64,000 nucleotides of DNA, taken from positions 62,001-126,000 of the forward strand of contig OZ025727.1 of assembly GCA_964019335.1 (NCBI GenBank), read 5' to 3'. The notes under the pieces were generated by a model. The model ran no database searches, was not told where the DNA came from, and worked only from the letters and a program-made list of their open reading frames with translations. Numbering within the stretch: position 1 is the first letter of the stretch; every line of letters begins with the position of its first letter. The translations under genes and the position numbers were made by a program. Origin of the DNA: Diplonema japonicum (Eukaryota > Protista > Euglenozoa: Diplonemea). Below are positions 34,141-45,310 of the stretch, one piece after another.

Positions 34141-35208
34141 ATGAAGGCACTTGCAGGCACCAAGTGGGGGTGCAAGGCATTGACCCTCCACACTGTCTAC
34201 CTCACCTATGTCTTACCTGTGGTGAGATACGCCCTTGGAGTGTACAGACCCACCCTGACAGCCAGAGACATTGCAATGCTGGAAGTAGCACACAACACAG
34301 CAGCATGCATCATAACAGGCTGCCTTCCTACAACACCTATCCAAGACCTCCTGAAAATCACAAGGCTATGGCCAGTATGGGAGATGATAAAATACAAGAC
34401 GTCATCCATGTACAAGAAGCTTGTAAGGATGGAGGGAACAAGTGGGCACACTGCAGCAATGGGGGCAGGGACAGCAAGAGGAACCTGGCTCTTTGAGGCA
34501 AGGAGCAGGGCAATTGATGAGAACAAATTGAAGAAGTACAAAAGAGCACCTCTTCACAACTCGTCACCCTTTCCCCTATGGGAGTGGAGTCTGCTGGCAC
34601 AACTGGATGTTGGAACAGAAGGGCAAGGCATAAAGAAGAAAAAGAAGGATGAGCAGAGGACATATGGAGAAGAAGTACTCCAGAAGCTGCCCAAAGCTGA
34701 CATCACCATGTACACAGACAGATCTGTGGATGCAGAACAAGGTGGTGCAGGAGCCTATGTCCAGACCACCACAGGGAGTGAGGTGTACCTGATCAGAGAC
34801 TCATGCCGATATGGTGACAGCTGCCAGGCAGAGCTGACAGCCCTGGAGATGGCACTTGAGCACTGTGAGACAACAGCAAAACCAGGGGCCCACATCAACA
34901 TCCTCACCGACTCACTTTTGGCCTTGCAAAAACTGAAACAAGAACCAACAAGGCAGAGAGAGGACACAATGGTGGGAATCTGGACACAGCTGTGGTGGCT
35001 TCTGAAAGGCAAGGGAGCAACCCTCACACTGTGGTACATCCCAAGTCACTGTGGTATTGCAGGGAATGAAGTGGCTGACAGGCTGGCAGCGGTGGGTGTG
35101 AAGGAACAACAGAGGCAGCCAGTGAGCCTTGGAGCAGCGAAAAACAAGCTCTGGAAATGTGTGAAAGACAGGATTGATGCAGAGCTGGACAAGCAGACAG
35201 CCTACTAG
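34141..35208 (+). mobile_element. ingi/I-clade-like non-LTR retrotransposon fragment (RT thumb plus RNase H)
   Basis: KALAGTKWG, LEVAHNTAACIITGC..TTP, then RNase H motifs YTDRS, AELTAL, TDS and YIPSHCGIAGNEVADRLA. Confidence 0.85.
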
Positions 35209-35581
35209 AAGGACAAATGAGAAAAGAAAAAGAAAAGGGAAAAGAAAAAAGGAGAACAAGTGTAGGAATATAAATACGGATAAGAAGAGTGCCATGAAGA
35301 GAAGAAAGAGGAAGAAGAAAAAAAAGTTTGTGAGCAGCAGCCTTATCTAATCCTGTTTACCTAAACAACCCAACTCGTTTACCCCCAGAAAAAGAAGAAG
35401 AGGAAAAAAAAAGAGAACAAGTGTGAAATAAGAAGAGCACCACAAAGAGAAGAAAAAAGAAAGGAACAAAGAAAAAAGAAAAGAAAGAGAAACCCCCTTG
35501 ACCCTCCTCAAACAAGCAGGGCCCCAGAGGTGATCGACCTCATGCAGGACTCCCTGGACAAACCCTCGTGTAAGAAGAAGC

Positions 35582-36415
35582 ATGATGGCACTGCATACGA
35601 GCACGAAAGCCGTTGTGGTAAGAGTTCTACATCCACCGACGACGAAGGGCTTCTCATCCTTCGCGAGGATCCTCCACCAGGATGCCCTCGACCGAAGGCT
35701 CCTCCAGAGACGGATGGACCGCTACCTCAGTCTCTTGGTCTACTTCCGACAACAACCGGAGCTCTTGGACGAACACCAGAGACGGATCCTGGTGGTCGGG
35801 TCCCTCCCGAAGCACCTGGACACCCCTCCACATCAACTGCTGCTCGAGGCTCGTGATGCGGTCAGAACTACCGACCTACAAGTGACTGTCACCGACCAAG
35901 AGCAACTACTTGTGACTGTGCACAACGCACTGCCTGAGTCCGAGCGTCTCCGGCTGTCTCACGAGTGGCATTCGGGACTGAACACCCCGGTGCAGCAACA
36001 GTGGTGGTCGGAGTTCTTCGCCCAAGGTGGATGGAAGCACCCGCTCTTTGACTCCGAGACCCCAGGAGGTGATAAAGCTAGACCTTTGGGGAAGACCCCT
36101 CTCCTGATCACCTACAACGCACAGAGGAACAAACGCCCGGAGCCCAAGGACGGTCCCGCACTCCCCGCGGCCAAGCGAGATCTCGCCGCGACACGGCCGA
36201 ACACCAGGATCACTGGGCTCGTCGCCCTTCGGAGGCTCACCAAGGATGCAGGTGTCGACGGCCCTGAGGACCTGGATGAGCTTCGGCTTCTGGGCTTTCT
36301 TTCCAAGGGCGAGGCCACTTTTGACCCCAATTGCATGTCCAGGGCGTGCACTCACTTCTTGGGTGAGGCCCCCCTGGTCGCGGTCCCCCTTGACACACGG
36401 GTTGCGATCCCGTGA
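35582..36415 (+). CDS. Hypothetical protein, possibly TE-derived
   Basis: 277-aa GC- and CpG-rich ORF with no recognisable motif. Confidence 0.4.
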   Translation: MMALHTSTKAVVVRVLHPPTTKGFSSFARILHQDALDRRLLQRRMDRYLSLLVYFRQQPELLDEHQRRILVVGSLPKHLDTPPHQLLLEARDAVRTTDLQVTVTDQEQLLVTVHNALPESERLRLSHEWHSGLNTPVQQQWWSEFFAQGGWKHPLFDSETPGGDKARPLGKTPLLITYNAQRNKRPEPKDGPALPAAKRDLAATRPNTRITGLVALRRLTKDAGVDGPEDLDELRLLGFLSKGEATFDPNCMSRACTHFLGEAPLVAVPLDTRVAIP

Positions 36416-36686
36416 CCAGGCCGTCTTTTCCCTTTTCCTACTTCACTTCATTCCGTTATTTTCATTATTCTTTCCGGCGATAGACTGATACGGGCCATGG
36501 AAGCAACCTCTGCTTAATTCCTGGTACGTGGGAGGCTCCTCTTGAGGATGTCAGTCACCTTTTCCCTTTTTTACTCGACTCTCTGTTTTCGTATGCAGTA
36601 TTTATTCTTTTCCACCCCTTTTTATCTATTTCTTCGCTTCTTCATCCTAACTTAAAACCATTTCAGTTACCTATTTTTTTTTCTTT

Positions 36687-36717
<31 letters not shown>

Positions 36718-36734
36718 CCTATTGTCCTTAATCA

Positions 36735-36845
36735 CTGCAGCCGGGTTGTAGCTTCTTCTGCGTTCCGCGTCGTGTCCTTAATGTGTGCGGTGTTCAGCTC
36801 AACCCCAGCCAGGGCGTCCCGGGTAACCAAGATTCTGCTCATGCA
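36735..36845 (-). mobile_element. Internal fragment of the HDV-ribozyme-headed element
   Basis: Matches 43385-43480 in reverse complement. Confidence 0.75.
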
Positions 36846-38169
36846 GGGGTGGGTCGTTTTGTTCCCTTCCGCCAAACTGAAAAGTCGGAACTTGGTAGAA
36901 CGGCGGAACCGGAACTTGGCAGACAGGGTATTCCTTACCTATTTTTTTCCTTTTTTTTTCCTTTTTTCCCCCCCCCTTTTTTTTTTTCAGGTGTGTCAAA
37001 AATTGCAGAAAATTTTCGAGTCCGGCCGATCCGGTCAGTCCGGTAAATTGGGTACACCGGACCGGACCGGATTCACCCATCACTGGCTCTCCTCTTATTT
37101 TACACTTGTTTTCTTTTCATTAGGCCATGTGCACACATGTCTGCATCCACTTTCTGATACGGACTTCATGCCCTTCTTCTTGGCTGTGATCTCCTTCACT
37201 GCCCTCGATTGTGAACTGTCTGGTGGCTCTTTCTTTGCGTCTTTCGTTAGGCCTTTCTCCCTGCCAACCAAGCTTCCTTCACCCTATCTTTTGATACCTT
37301 CTTGTTCTCCAACATTATACCTATCAAGTAGTCTTTTCTGGTAGACCGTCACCAACTGATTACATTGGGGCGCCTTGCAGTTTTTGTTATACTGCTTCAC
37401 CAGCACCCATGTTGATCTAAACCCCTAAAAATGCTCAGGTTGGGAAAACCTGACAGTAGTATATACACTGAATGCACATTTGTAACAAAAAAGGAGGTGG
37501 GGGAATGGGAAAAAAAAAAAAAAAAAAGAGGAAAAAAATGCACCGCAGGAGATGAAATGCGTGAGAAAAACATTAACAGATGGAGTAAGAGTTAAAAGAA
37601 CAAGGGAATGGTTTACTTGCCAAACAATATCGAAAAACACACAGGTGGGAATGTCAGAGCACTGAGGCAGTCTTCCAGCAACACAGATCAGGCACTAGTC
37701 ACGGAGGACAAGGTGGTACATGACAAACTGCACAAAGCGGAAATCCTCAGGAGTCCTTCACATCAAGCGACCACGTCCAGCATCCCCTGACCAACGATAC
37801 TGAACAGCCTGAACTGCCACTCAACATCTAAGAGTTAAAGAACGCCCTCTGAAAAGCCCAGCCCCACAAAAGCCCTTGCATCACATACATAGCACCCCAG
37901 TCCACTGGAAGGGAATGAGAAAGTAAAAAAATAAAATAAAAATAAAAATAAGAAAATAAAAAAGCAGGCAACCACCTGCAGCACTAGAAACCATCGACTT
38001 CTCCAGCTGCTGTGTTAATCGCAGTATGGCCCCTTGAACATGTACCATAGTGATTCCCCTTTCCTTTTCTATCTCCTTCCTGTTGTTACATTTCTTTTGT
38101 TCTTTCAAGCCTTCTCGACTCAACAATCTAATCAATAGTGTATCACGTGAAATTTTACTAAAAGAAAAA

Positions 38170-39098
38170 ATGCCGTTCGACTTGAACATCCTGTGTGTTG
38201 GTGCTGGGTACGTGGGGGGCCCGACGATGGCTGTGATCGCTTCGAAGTGCCCGAACATCAAGGTGACGGTGTACGACCTGAACCAGGAGAGGATCGACGC
38301 GTGGAACAGCAACGACTTGCCGATCTACGAGCCCGGTCTGGACGAGGTGGTGAAGTCTGTGAGGGGGAAGAACCTGTTCTTCACGACGACAGAGGCCTAC
38401 AAGGAGGCGGACATCATCTTCATCTCTGTGAACACGCCGACGAAGACCTACGGGACCGGGAAGGGGAGGGCTGCGGACCTGAAGTTCATCGAGCTGGCAG
38501 CGAGGAGGATCTCGGAGGTGGTGACAACCGGGTCGAAGATCATCGTGGAGAAGAGCACTGTGCCCGTGAGGTGCAGCGTTGCACTGAAGAAGATCCTCGG
38601 GGCCTGCTCCACCGAGGGGGGTGCGAAGTTCCAGATCCTCTCGAACCCTGAGTTCCTGGCGGAGGGGACGGCCATCAGCGACCTGACGAAGCCCGACAGG
38701 GTGCTCATCGGTGGGGACAAGGACGAGGCCGGGCAGGCCGCCGTCGCGAAGCTCTCCTCCGTGTACGAGAACTGGGTTCCCAAGGAGCGCATCATCACAA
38801 CCAACCTGTGGTCGTCCGAGCTGTCGAAGCTGGTGGCAAACGCCTTCCTTGCACAGAGGATCTCGTCCATCAACGCCATCAGCGCTGTGTGCGAGGCGAC
38901 AGGCGCCGATGTTGACGAGGTGGCCAACGCCATCGGGCAGGACTCGAGGATCGGACCCAAGTTCCTGAGGGCATCTGTGGGCTTCGGTGGTTCTTGCTTC
39001 CAGAAGGATATTTTGAACCTTGTCTACCTGTCGCAGCAGTTCGGTCTTGAGGAGGTGTGAGGAAATGAAGATAAACCAATAATAATAATAATAATAAT

Positions 39099-39129
<31 letters not shown>

Positions 39130-39533
39130 GGTGGCGCACTACTGGATGCAGGTGATCGAGCTGAACGAGTACCAGCGCAGGAGGTTTGCCCAGAAGATGA
39201 TCCACACGATGTTCGACACGGTGAGCGGGAAGAAGATCGCGATCCTCGGTTTCGCCTTCAAGAAGGACACTGGCGACACGAGGGAGTCGTCAGCCATCAA
39301 CGTGTGCAGCACGCTGATCGAGGAGGGGGCCAAGGTGCACATCTACGACCCGAAAGTGACGAAGCAGCAGATGCTGATCGACCTTGAGGGCCACATCACA
39401 GACAGCAAGGTGTTGGAGAAGCTTCCGCAGCTGGTGACGGTGGAGTCCTCTGCCATGGCGGCCCTTGACAATGCACACGCTCTCGCCATCATGACAGAGT
39501 GGGACGAGTTCAAGGTGTGCGTTTTGAGAGAAA

Positions 39534-39581
<48 letters not shown>

Positions 39582-39694
39582 ACCAACAGACCCTGAACTA
39601 CCCTGAGATCTATGCGAAGATGAAGAAGCCCGCCTTCGTGTTCGACGGCAGAGCCATCCTGAAGCCTGATGAGCTCCGAGCCATCGGCTTTGAT
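38170..39694 (+). CDS. UGDH: UDP-glucose 6-dehydrogenase; introns 39055-39130 and 39515-39589; probable third donor at 39695, so the 3' end is uncertain
   Basis: Motifs [36 protein letters not shown] and [11 protein letters not shown]. The GT-AG introns restore LEE|VAHYW and EFK|TLNY. Confidence 0.95.
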
Positions 39695-40000
39695 GTATGT
39701 GGGGAAAGATCTTATTCTGCAATTGCTGATCATCCATCCATGTTGATGATGTACTTTTTCAAAAGAAAGAAGAAGAAAGATGAAATTACCATTAAAAGCG
39801 ATGCCTCCCTATAACACGTCATAGCAGCACCATTGCTGAGTCATCCCCCTGCTGAGGAAATAGAGCACATTCTTCGGCTCTAAACGAAGAAATGGGAGTT
39901 TGGATAATTTTTTGTTTTGAACATTTGAGATCAACAAAGGGTAGGATGCAACCATCGGACGATACATATGGGTCGATTTCAAAAACCCCCCCAAAATGAG

Positions 40001-40200
40001 NNNNNNNNNNNNNNNNNNNNNNNNNNNNNNNNNNNNNNNNNNNNNNNNNNNNNNNNNNNNNNNNNNNNNNNNNNNNNNNNNNNNNNNNNNNNNNNNNNNN
40101 NNNNNNNNNNNNNNNNNNNNNNNNNNNNNNNNNNNNNNNNNNNNNNNNNNNNNNNNNNNNNNNNNNNNNNNNNNNNNNNNNNNNNNNNNNNNNNNNNNNN
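40001..40200. other. Assembly gap (200 N)
   Basis: Run of N. Confidence 1.
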
Positions 40201-42758
40201 TCAGTGAGTCGCAAGGCGGAAACCTTCTATGTGACGTAATGCGGACGTCCCGTTCCGGCTGATGTTGCCATTTTAAACGGCGGTGCGGTGCGGGGGAACA
40301 TCAGCGAAGGCGCTGTTCACCGTTCCGACCTCGCTGTGCTGTACCCCCTTTTCGGGCTTACCTGACCACCACGAGCGTCCGCGGAATGGTGTTGTGGAAA
40401 TGTCTGGAATGGGGTGTTTCACATCTTCATTCAAACGGTAGTTACAACCCAAAAGGCGCCATTCCAGGGAGCTTTTTGCAGGTCTCCGGGTTACGGTACG
40501 AGTTCAACCCGTTAAACCCGCCTATGAGCAGAGTGACAAGGATTCAAATCAACACTACATCCGGTTACCGTGACCTTCAGCGCAGTGAAGTTGTACGGAT
40601 AGTCACCATCAGCTTCGTGACGTCAGGCGGCGACGGCTACAACGCATCGCTGCTGAAAATGGAACCGTCGACGCTTATCGAGCACCGCGGGAAAAAGCTG
40701 AGCAACGTCCTCGCGGAGTACCTCGCGGCGCACGACCCTTACACCCCGTACACGGACGGGAGGATCACCCTTCAAACACATACTTCAACACCGTTGAACT
40801 TAACACAGAAGCATTCTCATGAATGCAGCGGAGAACAATGGTACGACCCGATAGGCATGGACTGTCTATCATGCCCTGCCGGGCACATCCGTAATACGGA
40901 CGGGCCGGGTTGTGTGGTGTCACCAAACAGCGAGTCTGAATGGTTGTTCACCGTGCTTATAGTAGCAGCTGTTGTACTGGTTGTGCTAGTTCCGTTGGTG
41001 TGGGTCATGACCGCGAAACAACGGAAGATTCGGCTGCTCTACGACGACAATAAGATCGCGGAGGAGTGCGCGCAGGCGGTGGCCGTCATGGACTTCGGCT
41101 ACCTGGACTATCTTTCGGAGCTGGAGAACCCGAACTCCATCCAAGCGGCATTCATACAAATCGTCGCGAACCTGAAACTGTACCGACCGTACCTCCCGGA
41201 CATGCTGTTCACAACCTCTCTTTCAGTGAAGAGCAGAGCGAAGGTCACATCGATACCTGGCATGAACCTCAGCCACATAGACGATGACGAGAATGACGTG
41301 ACGGTGGTGTTCACAGACATACAAGGTTCGACCTCAGCATGGGAGAAGCGAAACGACGCAATGCGATCCGCATTGCGGCTCCACAATCGCATCATCCGGC
41401 GCAACATGGAGCTACACGGCGGGTACGAGGTTAAGACTATTGGCGACGCTTTCATGGTGGCATTTAAATCACCCGTCAATGGTGTGAAGTTCGCGCTTGA
41501 CACACAAGTCGATTTGTACGACGAAACATGGCCAGAAGACCTCCTAGACCTCCCACAATGCAAGAAAGTCGCAGGCACTTGGAACGGAATCAGAGTACGT
41601 ATTGGTATCTACTCTGGCCCAGTAGAAATCGACATGAACCCGCTCACCAACCGTGGGGACTACCTCGGATCGACTGTGAACAAAGCTGCAAGAATAGAAG
41701 CGGGTTGCAAAGGCGGTGGGGTCCTTGTATCAACCAATGTTTTGGACAAGATAGTTAAGCATGGAATGCGTGAGATCGGCGATCCTGTTGTCCTGCCGCT
41801 TGGGCACATCGAGCTAAAAGGCGTTGCAGAGAGCACCGAGGTCACCATGCTGGTTCCAAAGAAATTAAATGGGAGGGTTTTCGACTTCAAGCTGCACTAC
41901 TTAAACAACGGTCTGAACGGGGGCACCAAGGCCACCAACCCTGACGAGGAATCCAGCTCATCGTCGACAAGCTCTTCCAAGGGGTTTCAACGCCAGTTTC
42001 ACGAGGCAAAGCTGGTCCATCTCGAAGAAGCTCTCCACCCCATCGACAACGCGACAGTCGTCACCATTCAAACGGGTTATGCCGACCTCACAAATAACCG
42101 GGATCCTTTGCAGCTCGTCAACGATGTTTTGTCGAATCTGATCTCTTGTGCCGACAGGACCTACGGTGCGGCACTGGCTGTATGCGGGCCGTTTGTTATG
42201 GTGGGATATAATATTTTAAACTCAACATCTGGCGCTTCTGTGGTAGGGGCAGTACGATTTGTGAGTTTGACCGAAGGAAAAAAGTCAAGACATCCTGAAC
42301 TATTCCCATCTGAGCTGTGCATGGGGATGTCAACTGGCCCAGTGTGTAAAGGCAACATCGGGACAGCCGGCCAACGTTTCGCCACAGCTATCGGAGAGTG
42401 CGTGAAGCACTCACAAGAGCTCCCTGCTGTTGCTGCGAGGTTTGGCGTCTTTGCGGTGTCTTGTTCACGCATGAAGTATTGTCTCTCAGCTGTGGAGTCC
42501 TACCGTGATCTGATCCGTCCTCTATGTCAGTTCCAAGGGGCGGATCTCAGGGTCTATCAGCTTCACGAGAGCATGCTGTACCTTGCAACAAAACTGCACT
42601 GCGTGTTCCCATACACCCCGAAGTGGCCTTGGTCCACCGCCTACACAACTGCCTTCAATACTTCTTCCTGGGGCGACATTGCTCAGCACATTGATGAAGA
42701 CCCTGTCCTCGTGCATGTGCTGAATGTCAACAAGGATCGGGTTTCTGCGGTTCTCTGA
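40201..42758 (+). CDS. Receptor adenylate cyclase with 5'-nucleotidase C-terminal ectodomain, TM helix, intact cyclase domain and a second degenerate cyclase domain (5' part lost in the gap and frameshifted before 40386)
   Basis: SESQGGNLLCD and DVAILNGGAVRG lie upstream in shifted frames, followed by FLQVSGLRY. Catalytic motifs VFTDIQGST, YEVKTIGDAFM and DYLGSTVNKAARIE. Confidence 0.9.
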
Positions 42759-42869
42759 GGGCTGGGGGGAGGGAGGGATACATTGGTTGTCACTTCCGTG
42801 AGAACTGAGCAGGGGCTTTAAAGAACCCTCTCGAATTGTTTTTTTTCTTCTTCTTTTTTTTTTAAATGT

Positions 42870-42903
<34 letters not shown>

Positions 42904-43204
42904 CCGAAAAATGTCTGGCTAAGTTCGTCAAATTGTCCACCCCCCCCCCCCCTTTTTTTTGCTGGAACACAAGAATACAATTCAGTAAACCCGTCCACCC
43001 AAACAGACCCTTATTTGGAGAGACTCGACCGGTGTTCTTAGTGCAGATGCTGAAAGGCAAAACCCGACGGCTGGCACTAGGAAACAATCAAAGTATGGTG
43101 ACTGTGGGATCCCAGTCCCGTGGGCACTAAACAGCACACCGCAAAAAAAAAAAGATCGAGCTTTTCTTCTCTTTCCTTTCTTCTTCTTCTTTTTTTAAAT
43201 GTCT

Positions 43205-43235
<31 letters not shown>

Positions 43236-43237
43236 CC

Positions 43238-43375
43238 GGTGGTGGGGATAACATGAAAATATAAGAAAAACATCAGATGTGTTGTTCGCTGTTGACCTCC
43301 TCGTCGGTCATCACCGGTAGCGCCCGAGTGGAAGAACATAATGCAGATGCTCAGGGTGACGAACAGGCAGCAAAC
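43238..43375 (+). ncRNA. HDV-like self-cleaving ribozyme (predicted)
   Basis: P1 GGTGGTG/CATCACC, P2 GCTGTTG/CAG(G)CAGC, P3 ACC/GGT, L3 TCCTCGTC, P1.1 GG, P4 CGCCCGAG/CTC(A)GGGTG, J4/2 CGAA. Confidence 0.8.
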
Positions 43376-43560
43376 TGCACGAGCGCAGAATCTTGGTTAC
43401 CCGGGACGCACCGGCTGGGGTTGAGCTGTACACCGCACGCATTAAGGACACGACGGGGAACGCAGAAGAAGCTACAACTCGGCCGCGGCGCGCCCCCTGT
43501 AATCAAGTAGACAGTTCTTGTGCAGGGCGCCGCCAACACCGGCCTCCTTTAACTCATATA
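43238..43560 (+). mobile_element. Most complete copy of a ~320-bp SINE/SIDER-like element
   Basis: Homologous copies or fragments at 2975, 3605, 30590, 32220 and 36735. Confidence 0.8.
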
Positions 43561-43570
43561 TATTTTTATA

Positions 43571-43743
43571 CCGTAAAACGAATAAACCCAGTGGTTTGGT
43601 GGCGGTTTCTTCGCGCGGTTGCCGTTTGCAGCCCAGGCCAGTATGTAGGTGGTAGTGGACCAGGCCCCCTGACGACCTTACAGGAAAAACTCCCGGACAC
43701 CAAAAAAACTCGGACATTTTTCCGGGAGTTTTTCGTTTTACAG
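43571..43743. mobile_element. MITE derived from the pogo element at 51726-54142
   Basis: TA|CCGTAAAACGAATAA ... TTCGTTTTACAG. The interior is the reverse complement of 51726-51902. Confidence 0.9.
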
Positions 43744-43746
43744 TTT

Positions 43747-43787
<41 letters not shown>

Positions 43788-44092
43788 TTTTTTTTGTGTT
43801 TCTTGACGGAGGGAGAGGTATTGCTATCACCTTTCCCTATGCATAAACCAATGTTATTTGCCCTTGTGCAGTGTTATTTATATAGGCTCGACATTTTGAG
43901 GGCACTGAAAGGTCATTTTTTCATATAAAGCCGTGGTGCGTGTTTTGCGGCAAAGATTATCATAAGCCTTCTTTTTCCTTATTTTTTCTTTGGGGAGAAA
44001 TGTGCATATGTTGCGCTCATTACACTACTTGAACTTGTTTTCTTTTTCTTTTCTTTTTCTTCTCCTCCCCCCCCCCCCCCCCCCCCCCCCCC

Positions 44093-44283
44093 TAGGGCTA
44101 TGCTGGCATGGAAACGCGTTTCCATGCATTTTTTGAAAAAAAGGGAAACGGAAACGGAAACGTTTCCTTATGTTTCCTTAAGAAGGAAGCCGTTTCCATA
44201 AGAATTTTGAAAAGTATGGAAACGGAAACGGAAACGGGAACGGAAACGGAAACGTTTCCACGTTTCCTGCCAGCATAGCCCTA
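44093..44283. mobile_element. hAT-like MITE with 16-bp TIRs and GGAAAC subterminal repeats (derivative at about 49618-49693)
   Basis: TAGGGCTATGCTGGCA ... TGCCAGCATAGCCCTA. Confidence 0.8.
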
Positions 44284-44722
44284 GGGGGGGTCATATGGTC
44301 CTTAAAAAGGGCCGCTTTTTGCCCTTTTTCAGGCTCTTCGCCAAGGGCATTTTGGGCCCTTAAAAAAACTGTAACCCCCAAAAGTGCCCACAAATCACCC
44401 AAACCCCCGTTTCCCGATGGTTTCCGGCCCCAGAAGTGCCCAGAATCATCTTCTAATTTTGGGGCCCCCGTTTGGTACTTTCCCTATGTAATCCTAGGGA
44501 ACATAAAATAGGGCCCCCTAGGATTACACAGGGAAAGTACCAAACGGGGGCCCCAAAATTAGAAGATGATGGGCACTTCTGGGGCCGGAAACCATCGGGA
44601 AACGGGGGTTTGGGTGATTTGTGGGCACTTTTGGGGTGGTTACAGTTTTTTTAAGGGCCCAAAATGCCCTTGGCGAAGAGCCTGAAAAAGGGCAAAAAAC
44701 GACCCCCCCTTATGACCCCCCC
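44284..44722. mobile_element. Foldback element (near-perfect palindrome of about 440 bp)
   Basis: Arms at about 44284-44499 and 44516-44722 are reverse complements with a few indels. Confidence 0.9.
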
Positions 44723-44952
44723 CCCCCCCCCCCCCCCCCCCTCTCTTTAAGTTTGAAGTCTCATTCACCTATTCGTTGCCATCCCCTGGTTTTCACCCAT
44801 TCCCAACCACTTTTTGCCACCACCGTAATTACTTCGCTTTTTTTGGGTTATTCAGAGGATGTCGACGAAGACGGCCACGAACCTGGGCCAAAAAACTTCT
44901 TTTGCAAAAACGAACCTTTTGACTCGTCTAAGGAGAAGTGAAAAAGAAAAAG

Positions 44953-44987
<35 letters not shown>

Positions 44988-45310
44988 CGTTAGCAACGGG
45001 TTAGAAACTTTCTCCTCTTTACGGCTGCGAGCCTATTTTTGAGACTGCCAATGGCCACTGGAAATGTTCCTTAGCCCAGGAACTTACTCCCCCCTCTCTC
45101 TCCACGTATCATCTAAAGCCACAACAGAATACAGATTTTCCCTTAAGATCATGTTCTTCTGTTTTCTTTTGTTTTTTCCTTTTGTCAAAAACAATGCCGG
45201 GTAGCCCCCTTTCCCCCTCCCCGTTCTTTTTTTCCCCCCTTTCTGTTTCTCACTATTCCTTACAAACAAGAAAATCTCCAAAAGGGAAAGAAGGAGAAAA
45301 TAATTAATAT

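Noticed and set aside
40201-40385. Programmed frameshifts or RNA editing in the cyclase 5' region
   Set aside because: The indels lie next to an assembly gap, where low-quality sequence is the simpler explanation.
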